A stretch of DNA of 64,000 bases, from assembly GCA_037481815.1 (NCBI GenBank), contig JBBFKX010000001.1, positions 480,001-544,000 on the forward strand, in the 5' to 3' direction. The translations under genes were made by a program, and so were the position numbers. Shown piece by piece: positions 19,173-29,444 of this stretch. The stretch comes from a candidate division WOR-3 bacterium (GTDB taxonomy: Bacteria > Hydrothermota > 32-111). The notes under the pieces were generated by a model. That model saw only the letters and a program-made list of their open reading frames with translations, made no database searches and was not told where the DNA came from. Numbering within the stretch: the stretch's first letter is position 1; every line of letters begins with the position of its first letter.

Positions 19173-19937
19173 ATGTTAAAACTTGTTAAAATAATTTTGA
19201 TTTTAAGTTTGTTTATAAACATTTTCCCCCAGATCGGTTTTAACATCTCACCTCCCAAATATGAATTTACTGTAAGACCTGAGGAGATCAAAAATTTTAC
19301 GATCAATGTTCAAAATACAACAGATTCGATCCTTCATGTTAAAATATACGCTGTTGATTGGAGCCTGGATATCGATAACAATGTTAAATATTTTTCAGCA
19401 GGTAAATTGAAAAACTCCTGTTCTAACTGGATATATGTTAATCCACAGGAGTTCAACATAAAACCGAACTCTTCTGAAGATATCAGATTTACACTCTCTG
19501 TCCCTAAAAATGTTTTTGGGGATTACTGGTCGATGATATTTTTCGAATCAACACCTTTCAATCCAACAGGATCAAGCATGTTGCTTGTTGCAGGAAGAGT
19601 CGGTTGTACAATATACTCGACTATCGCAGGGACAACTGTAAAAAATGGTGATCTTACAGGTCTTGAGTTTGATAAAAAAGAATACAGTGTTAAAGCGATA
19701 TTTGAAAATACAGGTAATGTTCACCTGAGAGTTAAAGCAACGATGAAAATTTTTAAAGATGAAAAAATGGTTTATCAAACGGAGATTCCTGAAAAAGTGT
19801 CTCTTCCAGAAACAAGAACAACAATTTCTTTTCCAGTTGAAACACAACTTTTAAAAGGTGATTATACGATAAAAGTTAATATAGATTATGGGGGGAACGA
19901 ACTTCTTGAGGGGGAGAAAAGGATTACGATTAATTAG
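19173..19937 (+). CDS. PapD/EcpB-like periplasmic chaperone (two Ig-like domains; also resembles DUF916/DUF3324)
   Basis: ISPPKYEF, INVQN, PQEFNIKP, GDYWSMIFFE, FENTGNVHLR, GDYTIKVNIDYG. Confidence 0.7.
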   Translation: MLKLVKIILILSLFINIFPQIGFNISPPKYEFTVRPEEIKNFTINVQNTTDSILHVKIYAVDWSLDIDNNVKYFSAGKLKNSCSNWIYVNPQEFNIKPNSSEDIRFTLSVPKNVFGDYWSMIFFESTPFNPTGSSMLLVAGRVGCTIYSTIAGTTVKNGDLTGLEFDKKEYSVKAIFENTGNVHLRVKATMKIFKDEKMVYQTEIPEKVSLPETRTTISFPVETQLLKGDYTIKVNIDYGGNELLEGEKRITIN

Positions 19938-19940
19938 GGA

Positions 19941-21899
19941 ATGAAAAAATTTTTTTCTTTTTTTACATTTCTATTTTTCATAGGAGTTTTCGCTGAAAAC
20001 TATTACAACATTTCGATTGAAAATTTTCTGTATTCAAATTCAGAGTACTATTCTCCATACATAAATATTCAATATTTTTCTGATGAGGAAAATTCAAAAA
20101 AAGATTTTTATATTCAACTCTACAGATATTTCCCTTTAACTCTGTATTTTTCAACAATAAATTTTTTTGATAAAAAAAATGGTTTTCTTATGTTTGAAGC
20201 AGGTGATATATCCCCTTACAGGTTTTTATATTTTGATTTTCGAGGTTTCAGATTTTCATCAAGGTTAAAATTCTCAGGGTTTGAATTTTTTATTGGCAAA
20301 GAAAACAATTTTTTGAACCAGAATTCTGGAAAAGATAATTTAAATAGAATTGTAACTGGAGTTTTATTACCTTTATCGATAACAAAAAATGATACAACAA
20401 AATTTTTTATTTTTTCAAGAGAGGATAGATTTTTTTACTCACCTTTTGTATCACAAAATGTAATGGGAATAAACCAGTATTTAAAATTTTTTAATAGGTT
20501 AAATTTTGACATAACATTAAAAAAACATGTAAACCATACATTATACGACTCCACCTTTTCAAACATATCATATTCAATAAAAACTTATCTTTTAACAAAA
20601 TATCTTTCAACATCCTTATCCTTTCAAAATGATCCTGAAAAATTTTCTGACTTTTCAATGTTTTATAGAGAAAACAAAAAAACATATTTAAACTTTTTCC
20701 AATCGATCAGGATTTTAAACTTTACATCTTTGTTTTTAAACTATACAAGATACAATATAAACACTTCTGACAACTCCTCTTATGAAAGATTTGGAGTAAA
20801 GAATTCTTTGAGTTTATCGTTTTTCCCAAAGATCGATATTTCCTATGATATATACAGGAATCTGAGTCAAAAAAATCCATTTGGAAAAGTTTTAACTTTA
20901 AACATTTCCAGATGGTATAAAAACTTTTATTTCAATTCGAATTTTACAAAAAACAATTTTGAAAATTATAAAAGTTTAAATTTTTATTCAAATATTTCAT
21001 ACAACTTTTACAATGGAACAAACATCGGTTCAATATTCAAACTAACAAAAAAGGATAGCATAAACGATTATTTTCTAACAAACTATGTAAGATGGAAGTT
21101 GGAGAAAATTTTTTCATTCGAATATGGGGTTGATTTTGGAAATATGTACCAGATATCATTCCTTGGAAACCATTTCGATTTTTCAATTGACTACAAAAAT
21201 TATAATTTCAGTAACAGATTTAATATCAGATATTTTGAGAGCGTCCAATTTGAAATCCAGACAAAACTCAAAATAACAGGGGTTCTCGATAACATTTACA
21301 CTGGAATTCTAAACGGAAGAGTTTTCTACGATAAAAATAATAATGAAATATTCGACGGTGATGATAAACCTATAAACAATCTATCGATTGTTTTAAACGA
21401 TTCGATTGTAACAAAAAGTGATAAGAATGGTTTTTATACCTTTAAATTTTTAAAACCAGGCAGATATAAAATCTCAATCGATAAAAAAAAGTTACCTGCA
21501 TATTTTGATATAAAAGAGTACTATTTTGTTCAGGTTGAAAATTTCACAAAAAAAAGTGTAGACATACCTCTTATCAAGTTAGGATCAATATCTGGATATG
21601 TTTTTATAGATTTAAACAAAGATGGTGTAAAGGATGAGAATGAGATAGGAGTAGCAGGAATAATTGTAAAAATCAAAGATTCCGATAAATATACATATAC
21701 TGATATGAACGGATTCTATACGATAGCAAATCTTCCAATGGGTGCTTACATAGTTGAAGTCCCACAACTACCAAAAGGATATCAATTCGTTTTCCCAAAC
21801 CTTATAATGTATATAAATGTTGATAAACTTAAATCGGATTTTACAGTTGATTTTGGAATAATAGAAGAATCAAAACCTGTTAGAAAAAAGGTGTTTTAA
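19941..21899 (+). CDS. Outer-membrane usher-like protein with two C-terminal SdrD-B/Cna-B-like domains
   Basis: Signal peptide, aromatic beta-strand-rich N-terminal two-thirds, then GRVFYDKNNNEIFD...GFYTF..LKPGRY and GYVFIDLNKDGVKD...GFYTI.NLPMGAY. Confidence 0.65.
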   Translation: MKKFFSFFTFLFFIGVFAENYYNISIENFLYSNSEYYSPYINIQYFSDEENSKKDFYIQLYRYFPLTLYFSTINFFDKKNGFLMFEAGDISPYRFLYFDFRGFRFSSRLKFSGFEFFIGKENNFLNQNSGKDNLNRIVTGVLLPLSITKNDTTKFFIFSREDRFFYSPFVSQNVMGINQYLKFFNRLNFDITLKKHVNHTLYDSTFSNISYSIKTYLLTKYLSTSLSFQNDPEKFSDFSMFYRENKKTYLNFFQSIRILNFTSLFLNYTRYNINTSDNSSYERFGVKNSLSLSFFPKIDISYDIYRNLSQKNPFGKVLTLNISRWYKNFYFNSNFTKNNFENYKSLNFYSNISYNFYNGTNIGSIFKLTKKDSINDYFLTNYVRWKLEKIFSFEYGVDFGNMYQISFLGNHFDFSIDYKNYNFSNRFNIRYFESVQFEIQTKLKITGVLDNIYTGILNGRVFYDKNNNEIFDGDDKPINNLSIVLNDSIVTKSDKNGFYTFKFLKPGRYKISIDKKKLPAYFDIKEYYFVQVENFTKKSVDIPLIKLGSISGYVFIDLNKDGVKDENEIGVAGIIVKIKDSDKYTYTDMNGFYTIANLPMGAYIVEVPQLPKGYQFVFPNLIMYINVDKLKSDFTVDFGIIEESKPVRKKVF

Positions 21900-23180
21900 A
21901 ATTTTTTTTCTTTCTTTTAAAAGATCCTCTTTATCATATAAAAGAACTTTTCCGTTATATTTTAAAGGTCTCCCTTTAGAAAAAACATATTTTATATTTT
22001 CAGGATAGATTGAAAATATAAAAGATGAAGCCGCATCATTAACAAAGGAAGAAACATTTATATCATCTTCTATCAAAATAAAATCAGCATCAAACCCATC
22101 TTTAATGAGTCCAAGATCATTCTCGAGTTTAAGTGCTTTTGCACCATTTATCGTTGCCATTTCAAAAATTTTTGCGGATGATATCCCTTTTTCTCCGTAC
22201 CTAATGTTTTGAAAAAGTTTTGCCAATCTCATCTCTATAATTTGATTCATATTGTTATTACAAGGTGCTCCATCCGATCCTAACCCGACATTTATATTCT
22301 GTTCATGAAAACCTGTAACATCAGCAATACCGTTTTTCAACTTTCCATTTGCGGATGGACAATGCGCGACATTGATCTTTTTTTTCTTTAAAATTTCTAT
22401 GTCTTTTTTGTTTAAAAAAATACAATGTGCAAGAATAACATTTCCTTCAAAAAGTCCAACTCTATCAAAAAATTCTATATTTGACATATCGTATCGTTTT
22501 AATGTAAAGAGATTCTCCTCCAAAGTTTCCGAAGAGTGTGTATGAACAAAAAGATCATATTCATCTCTCAATTTTAGAAGTGTTTTAATACCCTCCTTTG
22601 TTACACCCGGGACAAACCTCGGGCATAATACATATTTTACATTTTTGTAATCCTTTATCTTTTCCAATAGATCTTTCGTGTAATTTTCATATCTTTTTAT
22701 TTCAGTTTTGAAACCTCCAAACTTTCTGTCCATAAAAACGTTACCTGAAAATCCCCTTATATTTGAATTTTCTATCTCTTCAAAAATTATTTCCTGATTT
22801 TCAAAAGTTCCCATATCAAGTATCGTTGTTGTTCCTGAATCTATAAGTTCATAAAGGGAAAGTTTACACGATAATGATAATATATCTTTCTTTAATTTTT
22901 TTTCATAAGGGATTATCCTCTTTTGTAACCATTCATACAACCCCATCTCCTCTGCAAAACCTTTTGCAAGATTTTGACAGATATGCGTGTGTATTTGAAT
23001 AAAAGATGGGAAAAGTATAAACCTGGAACAATCAAAAAATTTTAGACCTTTACATTTGTTTTCGTCTTCATCAAATGAAAATTTCCCATCCCTTATAAAA
23101 ATCTTATCTTTAAAAATAATTGAACTTTTAACAGTATCGTAATATTTTACGTTTTTAAGAATAAAATTTTTATTTTTCAA
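21870..23180 (-). CDS. Metal-dependent amidohydrolase (MtaD/AtzA-like deaminase family)
   Basis: IHTH, SGTTT, HTHSSE, AHC, HCPSAN, GSDG, ATINGAKAL. Confidence 0.88.
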   Translation of the reverse strand: MKNKNFILKNVKYYDTVKSSIIFKDKIFIRDGKFSFDEDENKCKGLKFFDCSRFILFPSFIQIHTHICQNLAKGFAEEMGLYEWLQKRIIPYEKKLKKDILSLSCKLSLYELIDSGTTTILDMGTFENQEIIFEEIENSNIRGFSGNVFMDRKFGGFKTEIKRYENYTKDLLEKIKDYKNVKYVLCPRFVPGVTKEGIKTLLKLRDEYDLFVHTHSSETLEENLFTLKRYDMSNIEFFDRVGLFEGNVILAHCIFLNKKDIEILKKKKINVAHCPSANGKLKNGIADVTGFHEQNINVGLGSDGAPCNNNMNQIIEMRLAKLFQNIRYGEKGISSAKIFEMATINGAKALKLENDLGLIKDGFDADFILIEDDINVSSFVNDAASSFIFSIYPENIKYVFSKGRPLKYNGKVLLYDKEDLLKERKKILKHLFSNRF

Positions 23181-24465
23181 TTTTGTACTCCTTTATTTTC
23201 TCAAGTAAACTCCTGTAACTAATCTTTAAAATTTTAGCCGCTTTCATCTTATTCCAGTTGACCAATTTTAAAGTTTTCAAAATTTCTTCTTTCTCAAATT
23301 CCTCCGTTTTTTCTTTTATAAGATCTTTTAATCCAAAATTTTTTTTGTTAAAGTTCGGCTCAATTTCTTTTTCCAACAGATAATTTTCAATGAGGTTTTC
23401 AAGTTCCTTCACATTCCCTTCAAATTCCAATCCCAATATTTTTTCTATAAAAGAACCATAATCACTTCTTTTTCCTAAAGACAACCTTTTTCCAACTTTT
23501 TCGATCAAAAATTCTGCCAAAATTGGAATGTCCTCTTTTCTTTCCTTTAAAGGTAAAATTTTAATTCTGAAAACATTCAATCTAAACAGAAGATCTTTTC
23601 TTAACAGATTCTTTTCGACAAGAGTATCAGGTTCTTCAGAAAAAACTGAAATTATTCTTACATCAATTTTTTCTTCTCTGTTTGAACCAACGGGATAAAA
23701 AGATTTTGTATCAAGAAATCTTAGAATTTTTCCCTGTATCATAAAATCAACTTCTTCAATATTTTTCAGGACAATCGTTCCTCCATCTGACTTTTTTAAA
23801 AGACCATCTCTTGATAAATATGCACCTGTAAATGCTCCCTTCGCTACACCAAAGAGTTCACTTTCGATAAGATTTCTGTTGAAGGAAGCGAAATCGATCT
23901 CTATCAGTTTTTTTTCATTTCTGTTGGAATACTTATGTATGAGTTCAGATACGAGTGTTTTCCCCGAACCAACAGGGCCAACGATTATCACACTGACATC
24001 ACTTGAAGCACACTTCTTTATGTTTTCTCTTATCTCGCTACTATTTTTTGAAATTCCAAGATATTCTTTTTCAATCCCTTCAAATAAATTATCCTTCAAA
24101 ATATTTTTCACTTTTTCTTTCAAAATATCATAATCTATAGGTTTTTGCCAGAAATCGATTGCCCCTTTTCTAATACATTCGATCGCAAGAGGAATATCTC
24201 CATAGGCAGTTAGTATAACAACTTTAACCTGATCATCTTCGTTCCTGATTTTTTTCAACACATCAACTCCACTCCCATCTGGTAACTTAATATCAAGGAT
24301 TACAAGGGAATACCTAAACTTTGCGAACATATGGTCAAATTCAAAAATCGATTTTACTTCATCTATATCATAATCTTCCTTTAAACTTTCCTTAAGAAAA
24401 ATTCTAAACGATGTATTGTCTTCAACGATCAGAATTCTTTTTTTCATTTTTGAAGATAAAGACAA
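23170..24465 (-). CDS. Sigma-54-dependent response regulator (NtrC family), degenerate AAA motifs
   Basis: Receiver (VEDN, LDIKLPD, KP), GPVGSGKT, ESELFG..KGAFTGA, Fis HTH; Walker B reads VLKNIEE. Confidence 0.88.
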   Translation of the reverse strand: MSLSSKMKKRILIVEDNTSFRIFLKESLKEDYDIDEVKSIFEFDHMFAKFRYSLVILDIKLPDGSGVDVLKKIRNEDDQVKVVILTAYGDIPLAIECIRKGAIDFWQKPIDYDILKEKVKNILKDNLFEGIEKEYLGISKNSSEIRENIKKCASSDVSVIIVGPVGSGKTLVSELIHKYSNRNEKKLIEIDFASFNRNLIESELFGVAKGAFTGAYLSRDGLLKKSDGGTIVLKNIEEVDFMIQGKILRFLDTKSFYPVGSNREEKIDVRIISVFSEEPDTLVEKNLLRKDLLFRLNVFRIKILPLKERKEDIPILAEFLIEKVGKRLSLGKRSDYGSFIEKILGLEFEGNVKELENLIENYLLEKEIEPNFNKKNFGLKDLIKEKTEEFEKEEILKTLKLVNWNKMKAAKILKISYRSLLEKIKEYKIEK

Positions 24466-25819
24466 CTTTTCCTCTATTGTTAAAATTCGAAAAATTATAA
24501 TCTAAATCAAGCACAGTACATATCTTTATTATCGTTGGAATTCCAAGCCCAGTTCCTTTAGCATCCTCATTGAATGGACTATAAAGTTTTTCCAGAATAT
24601 TATCAGGGAAACCCGGGCCAGAATCTTTTATCTCCAGTTCAATTTTTTCAATCAGGTTCTTGATAACAAGTTCGACTTTCTTCCCTTGAGAATACTTATC
24701 GATATTGTCGAATATGTTAAAAAGAACCTGTTCAAAAAGAACAGGATCAGTGTTTACAGTTACCTTTTCTTCAGGGAAATCTTCAACATATTCAAGTGGG
24801 AATCTTTCAATAGAATTTTTAACTATTTCCTTTAAATCAACTTCAACAAAATATGGTTTTTCATCTTTTGAAAACTCGATAAATTTTTTTGTGAACAAAG
24901 AAAGTTTTTTCAAATCTTCGATAACAGTTTTTACAAGATCCATATCGTTGTTTTCGAGGCCCTTCTGTAAAAGTCCTATCGTGGATCCAAGATAGTTATT
25001 TAACTGGTGAGCGATTCCTGATGTTATCTCTGAGATTTTCATTAAGCCCCTTCTTAAACTGTAACTCTCTTCCAATTCTTTTATTCTGTTTTTTAAAATT
25101 AAGTTAGCATCCTTTTCTATTTTTTGAGTTTCAACAAGATTTTCAAGTGAGTCCTTAAAAACTTTTACAAAACTGTCAGGATTATCATAGTTAAGATCCA
25201 TTCTCAAAAGCTTGACTATTTCCTTCATTTTTTCTATTGGTCTTTCTATACTTTTCAACAACGATATGATACTTATCAAAGTTAGAATCAGAAGTATGAA
25301 TTTATAGATCAGAAAATAAAAAAGAATTCTCTTCAAAAAGTAATTGTTACTTCTGAAATTCAATATTATAAAAAAATCTTTATTTTTCCCGTTGGTAATT
25401 TTAAAAGTATAAATATCCATATCTTTAAAGAAGAATCTCATACTGATATTCTCTTTTAAAAGAGGTAGTAAAAAATATCTTATCTGATTTTCAGTGAATA
25501 AAAAATTTTTTGAAACAATAAAAGGATAGAGTGAAGAATCGGTTATAAAATATGATTGAAGATTTAAAGAGTTTAAATCTTTCTGGAAAAAATCCTGTTT
25601 CTTCAAAAGAAATTCCTGCAAAGAATTGAAATTTGAAAACTCTTTATCATATTTTTTCTTGAAATCAGTTATCTTTCTGTAATTGTCATTCAAATAATCA
25701 TCTTCATAATAATTTATAATAACATTTAGATAGATGGAAAATATCATATCTGATAGAATCAAAAAGATTAAAAAAATCGAAAGAAAGACCCTTTTCCCTA
25801 AAATCGATTTAAATTCCAT
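24422..25819 (-). CDS. Membrane sensor histidine kinase
   Basis: Two TM helices, GIAHQLNN H-box, NIFDN N-box, DSGPGF, GTGLG. Confidence 0.9.
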   Translation of the reverse strand: MEFKSILGKRVFLSIFLIFLILSDMIFSIYLNVIINYYEDDYLNDNYRKITDFKKKYDKEFSNFNSLQEFLLKKQDFFQKDLNSLNLQSYFITDSSLYPFIVSKNFLFTENQIRYFLLPLLKENISMRFFFKDMDIYTFKITNGKNKDFFIILNFRSNNYFLKRILFYFLIYKFILLILTLISIISLLKSIERPIEKMKEIVKLLRMDLNYDNPDSFVKVFKDSLENLVETQKIEKDANLILKNRIKELEESYSLRRGLMKISEITSGIAHQLNNYLGSTIGLLQKGLENNDMDLVKTVIEDLKKLSLFTKKFIEFSKDEKPYFVEVDLKEIVKNSIERFPLEYVEDFPEEKVTVNTDPVLFEQVLFNIFDNIDKYSQGKKVELVIKNLIEKIELEIKDSGPGFPDNILEKLYSPFNEDAKGTGLGIPTIIKICTVLDLDYNFSNFNNRGKVVFIFKNEKKNSDR

Positions 25820-25825
25820 TTTTTT

Positions 25826-25854
25826 ATTATATATAAAATAATGGATGCTGACAA
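25826..25854 (-). promoter_or_regulatory. Sigma70 promoter giving a leaderless transcript of the kinase gene
   Basis: TTGTCA-N17-TATAAT-N6-ATG; no SD. Confidence 0.65.
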
Positions 25855-25858
25855 TAAC

Positions 25859-26995
25859 TTATTTTACAAAGAATGAAAGTAAAATTCCTGCTGCTATTGC
25901 TGAACCAATTACACCTGCTACATTTGGTCCCATCGCGTGCATCAAAAGATGGTTTTCAGGATCATCTTTAAGCCCCATCATTTCTGAAACTCTTGCGGAA
26001 TCGGGAACTGCAGATACCCCAGCAGAACCGATCAATGGGTTTATCTTATCTTCAGGTTTTAAAAAGAGATTCAAAAATTTTGCAAAAAGTATTCCTCCCG
26101 CTGAAGAGAAAGCAAAAGCCAGTGCACCAAGAATGAAAATCTTAATCGATTGTGATGTTAAAAAAACATCTGCCTGTGTTGATGCACCAACACATATCCC
26201 TATCATGATGGTACATATATCGATAAGAGCAGATGATGCAGTTTTTGCTAACCTTGTTGTTACTCCACTCTCTCTCAATAGATTACCAAAAAATAACATC
26301 CCCAGAAGAGGTATAGCTGCTGGAACTATCATTGCTGTTATGATAAAACCTGCAACCGGAAAAATTATTTTTTCAGTTTTTTTAACCGGTCTAGGTTTCT
26401 TCATTCTTATTAACCTTTCCTTTTTTGTCGTCAAAAGCATCATGATAGGTGGCTGAATTACCGGAACGAGAGCCATATATGAATATGCTGCTATCGCAAT
26501 CGGACCTAAAAGTTTTGGAGCAAGTTTTGAAGTCAAAAATATTGCTGTGGGACCATCAGCACCACCGATGATTCCAATCGAACCTGCTTCTGGAAGTGTG
26601 AATCCTAAAAGATGAGCCCCAATGAAAGTGGTAAAAATTCCAAGTTGTGCTGCTGCTCCAAGAAGTAGAGTTTTTGGATTTGAAAGAAGATTCGAAAAAT
26701 CTGTCATCGCCCCTATTCCAAGAAAAATCAAAGGGGGATAAATTCCCTGCAGAACTCCAAAATAAAGATAATTCAAAACACTTCCAGTTTCATAGATTCC
26801 AATCTTTAAACCTAACATAATAGGAATATTACCTATGAGTATTCCAAAACCTATAGGAAGAAGTAGAAGTGGTTCATACTCTTTTGTGACAGCAAGGTAT
26901 ATGAAAAATATTCCTACAAAAATCATTACAAGATATCTATAGTCAAGATTTGCAAAACCTGTCATCGAAAAAAAAGTTTTAAAGATATGACCCAT
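25859..26995 (-). CDS. mmdB: Na+-translocating decarboxylase beta subunit
   Basis: EPLLLLPIGFG, GAMTDF, IGGADGPT, AAYSYMALVP, AMGPNVAGVIGS. Confidence 0.93.
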   Translation of the reverse strand: MGHIFKTFFSMTGFANLDYRYLVMIFVGIFFIYLAVTKEYEPLLLLPIGFGILIGNIPIMLGLKIGIYETGSVLNYLYFGVLQGIYPPLIFLGIGAMTDFSNLLSNPKTLLLGAAAQLGIFTTFIGAHLLGFTLPEAGSIGIIGGADGPTAIFLTSKLAPKLLGPIAIAAYSYMALVPVIQPPIMMLLTTKKERLIRMKKPRPVKKTEKIIFPVAGFIITAMIVPAAIPLLGMLFFGNLLRESGVTTRLAKTASSALIDICTIMIGICVGASTQADVFLTSQSIKIFILGALAFAFSSAGGILFAKFLNLFLKPEDKINPLIGSAGVSAVPDSARVSEMMGLKDDPENHLLMHAMGPNVAGVIGSAIAAGILLSFFVK

Positions 26996-26997
26996 TT

Positions 26998-27429
26998 TTA
27001 TTCTCCTATCACAACAAGTACATCTCCCTCAGCTATCGTATCATCCTTTTTCACATTTATTTTTAAAACCTTGCCAGAGTATGGAGAATGTATAGCATTT
27101 TCCATTTTCATCGCTTCCATGATCAGAAGATCCTGCCCCTCTTTAACTTGATCACCCTCTTTTACCAAAACGTTCAAAACAACTCCAGGAAGTGGAGCGA
27201 GAACTTTTTTAACAGATTCACCATCGCTTTTTTTCTCACTTTGTAATACAGGTTTATCGGTTGATTGTGAAGGGGTAACCTTTTTTATAGTTTGTTCAAC
27301 ACTTCCGATCTGTCTGAAATTCACCTTGTAATTTTTGCCGTTTATCTCTATATCTGCTACATTCTCTTCAAGAGAGTTCACCTTCACTTTATAATCTTTT
27401 CCGTTTATGTTTAAAACATATTCACCCAT
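26998..27429 (-). CDS. mmdC: Biotin carboxyl carrier subunit
   Basis: EAMKMEN biotinylation motif. Confidence 0.9.
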   Translation of the reverse strand: MGEYVLNINGKDYKVKVNSLEENVADIEINGKNYKVNFRQIGSVEQTIKKVTPSQSTDKPVLQSEKKSDGESVKKVLAPLPGVVLNVLVKEGDQVKEGQDLLIMEAMKMENAIHSPYSGKVLKINVKKDDTIAEGDVLVVIGE

Positions 27430-27823
27430 TTTTACTCCTTGCGTAAAACCAATATGGAGGTTTATCCTCCCATTTTATTGTTAATTTATCCTTTGATAAT
27501 GTATGATGAAGTTTGTACTCAAGTACAAGGGCGGTCGATATTGCAACCAATTCCTCTTCATCAAGTTCTATTTTTTCAAGAATACTCTTGTTGAAATCTT
27601 CCACCTTTTTATCTTTAAAACCTTTCTGTGGTGGGTTTAAAATCTTTTTTAAAATATTTATGAAAACCTGAATCAGAATAAGTCCCGTGAAAACTGCTAC
27701 AAGACCAACAACTGGAAGAAAGTATGGGTTAACTTCCATATCGCTGGACTCTGAACCGGAAAGTAGAAAAACTGTACTAAGAACAGAAAGGATTATGATG
27801 AATTTTATTGTTAACTTTTTCAT
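27422..27823 (-). CDS. OadG/MmdD-family decarboxylase subunit
   Basis: TM GLVAVFTGLIL, EELVAISTAL, C-terminal W; position in the operon. Confidence 0.75.
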   Translation of the reverse strand: MKKLTIKFIIILSVLSTVFLLSGSESSDMEVNPYFLPVVGLVAVFTGLILIQVFINILKKILNPPQKGFKDKKVEDFNKSILEKIELDEEELVAISTALVLEYKLHHTLSKDKLTIKWEDKPPYWFYARSKNG

Positions 27824-27828
27824 AATCT

Positions 27829-29379
27829 TTATAAAGGTATGTTTCCATGTTTTCTTGGTGGATTTGTATCCATCTTATTTTTACAGAGTTCTAATGCTCT
27901 TATTATTCTGAACCTTGTTGTTTTTGGTTCTATTACATCTTCTATATAACCTCTAACGGCAGCCGAATAAGGGTTAGCGAATTTCTCCCTGTATTCAGCT
28001 TCAAATTTTTCCTCTGCTTCCTCTTTGTTTTCAGCTTTCATTATCTCTTTTGCAAAGATTATTTCAACAGCACCTTTAGGCCCCATCACAGCAATCTCAG
28101 CTGTTGGCCAGGCATAATTTATATCGCCTCTTATATGTTTTGAAGACATAACACAATACGCGCCACCATACGCTTTTCTTAAAATTATCGTGATCTTTGG
28201 AACCGTTGCCTCTGCAAAGGCATAAAGGAGTTTCGCTCCACTCTTTATTATTCCTCCATATTCCTGCTGGGTTCCAGGTAAAAATCCTGGGACATCTTCA
28301 AGGATAACAAGCGGGATGTTGAAAGCATCACAGAACCTGACAAATCTTGCTCCCTTTTCAGATGCGTTGATATCAAGAACTCCAGCAAGAGATTTCGGCT
28401 GGTTTGCAACTATTCCAACAGGTCTTCCGTTAAACCTTGCAAAACCTATAACAAGGTTAGTTGCAAAATATGGCTGGACCTCAAAGAAATCTCCATTATC
28501 AACTATGATGTTGATGATCTCTTTTATGTCGTAAGGTTTATTCGGATTGTCAGGAACAATCGTATTCAATCTTATATCCTCTCTGTTTATAGGGTCATCA
28601 TTTTTTATCACAGGTGGGTTTTCCTTGTTACTCAAAGGAAGGAAAGAGAAAAGTTTTCTTATATTTTTTAAAACCTCTTCATCAGTATCAAAAACAAAAT
28701 GTGCAACACCAGATTTTGTTGAATGTATTGAAGCACCTCCAAGCGATTCCTCATCAACGTCTTCGTTTGTTACAGTTTTTACAACCTTGGGACCGGTTAA
28801 AAACATGTAGGAAGTTTTTTTAACCATAAATATAAAATCCGTTATCGCCGGTGAATAAACTGCACCACCAGCACAGGGACCCATAATTGCTGATATCTGT
28901 GGGATCACTCCGGAATACATGACATTTCTTAAAAAAATTTCGGCATAACCGGCTAAAGATTCTATGCCTTCCTGGATCCTTGCACCACCTGAATCGTTGA
29001 GTCCAATAACCGGGACTCCATTTTTCGCAGCCATATCCATTATCTTACAGATCTTTTCAGCAAAAGTTTCAGATAATGAACCACCAAAAACCGTAAAATC
29101 CTGTGAGAAAACGAAAACAGGCCTTCCGTCAATAGTTCCATACCCTGTAACAACTCCATCCCCCGGGATTTTTGTTTTGTCTATTCCAAAATTTGTGCAT
29201 CTGTGCTCAACGAACATATCAAACTCTTCAAAAGATCCTTCATCGAGCAAAAGATTGATCCTTTCTCTTGCTGTGAGTTTTCCTTTCTCATGTTGTTTTT
29301 TTATTCTTTCCTCTCCACCACCAAGTAATGCTTTTTCTCTTCTATTTTTAAGATTTAACAATTTTTCTTCAAGAGTCAT
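27829..29379 (-). CDS. mmdA: Acyl-CoA carboxyltransferase (methylmalonyl-CoA decarboxylase alpha)
   Basis: [51 protein letters not shown]; Na+-decarboxylase operon context. Confidence 0.9.
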   Translation of the reverse strand: MTLEEKLLNLKNRREKALLGGGEERIKKQHEKGKLTARERINLLLDEGSFEEFDMFVEHRCTNFGIDKTKIPGDGVVTGYGTIDGRPVFVFSQDFTVFGGSLSETFAEKICKIMDMAAKNGVPVIGLNDSGGARIQEGIESLAGYAEIFLRNVMYSGVIPQISAIMGPCAGGAVYSPAITDFIFMVKKTSYMFLTGPKVVKTVTNEDVDEESLGGASIHSTKSGVAHFVFDTDEEVLKNIRKLFSFLPLSNKENPPVIKNDDPINREDIRLNTIVPDNPNKPYDIKEIINIIVDNGDFFEVQPYFATNLVIGFARFNGRPVGIVANQPKSLAGVLDINASEKGARFVRFCDAFNIPLVILEDVPGFLPGTQQEYGGIIKSGAKLLYAFAEATVPKITIILRKAYGGAYCVMSSKHIRGDINYAWPTAEIAVMGPKGAVEIIFAKEIMKAENKEEAEEKFEAEYREKFANPYSAAVRGYIEDVIEPKTTRFRIIRALELCKNKMDTNPPRKHGNIPL

Positions 29380-29444
29380 TTTAACTCCTTTTTCAATTTA
29401 TAATAGATTTTAATATTATCAAAAAAAACAATTATGTCAATAAA

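Noticed and set aside
21870..23180. Amidohydrolase as HutF (formiminoglutamate deiminase)
   Set aside because: It is not linked to the hut genes, FTCD already supplies that step, and the motifs only support a general MtaD/AtzA-like assignment.
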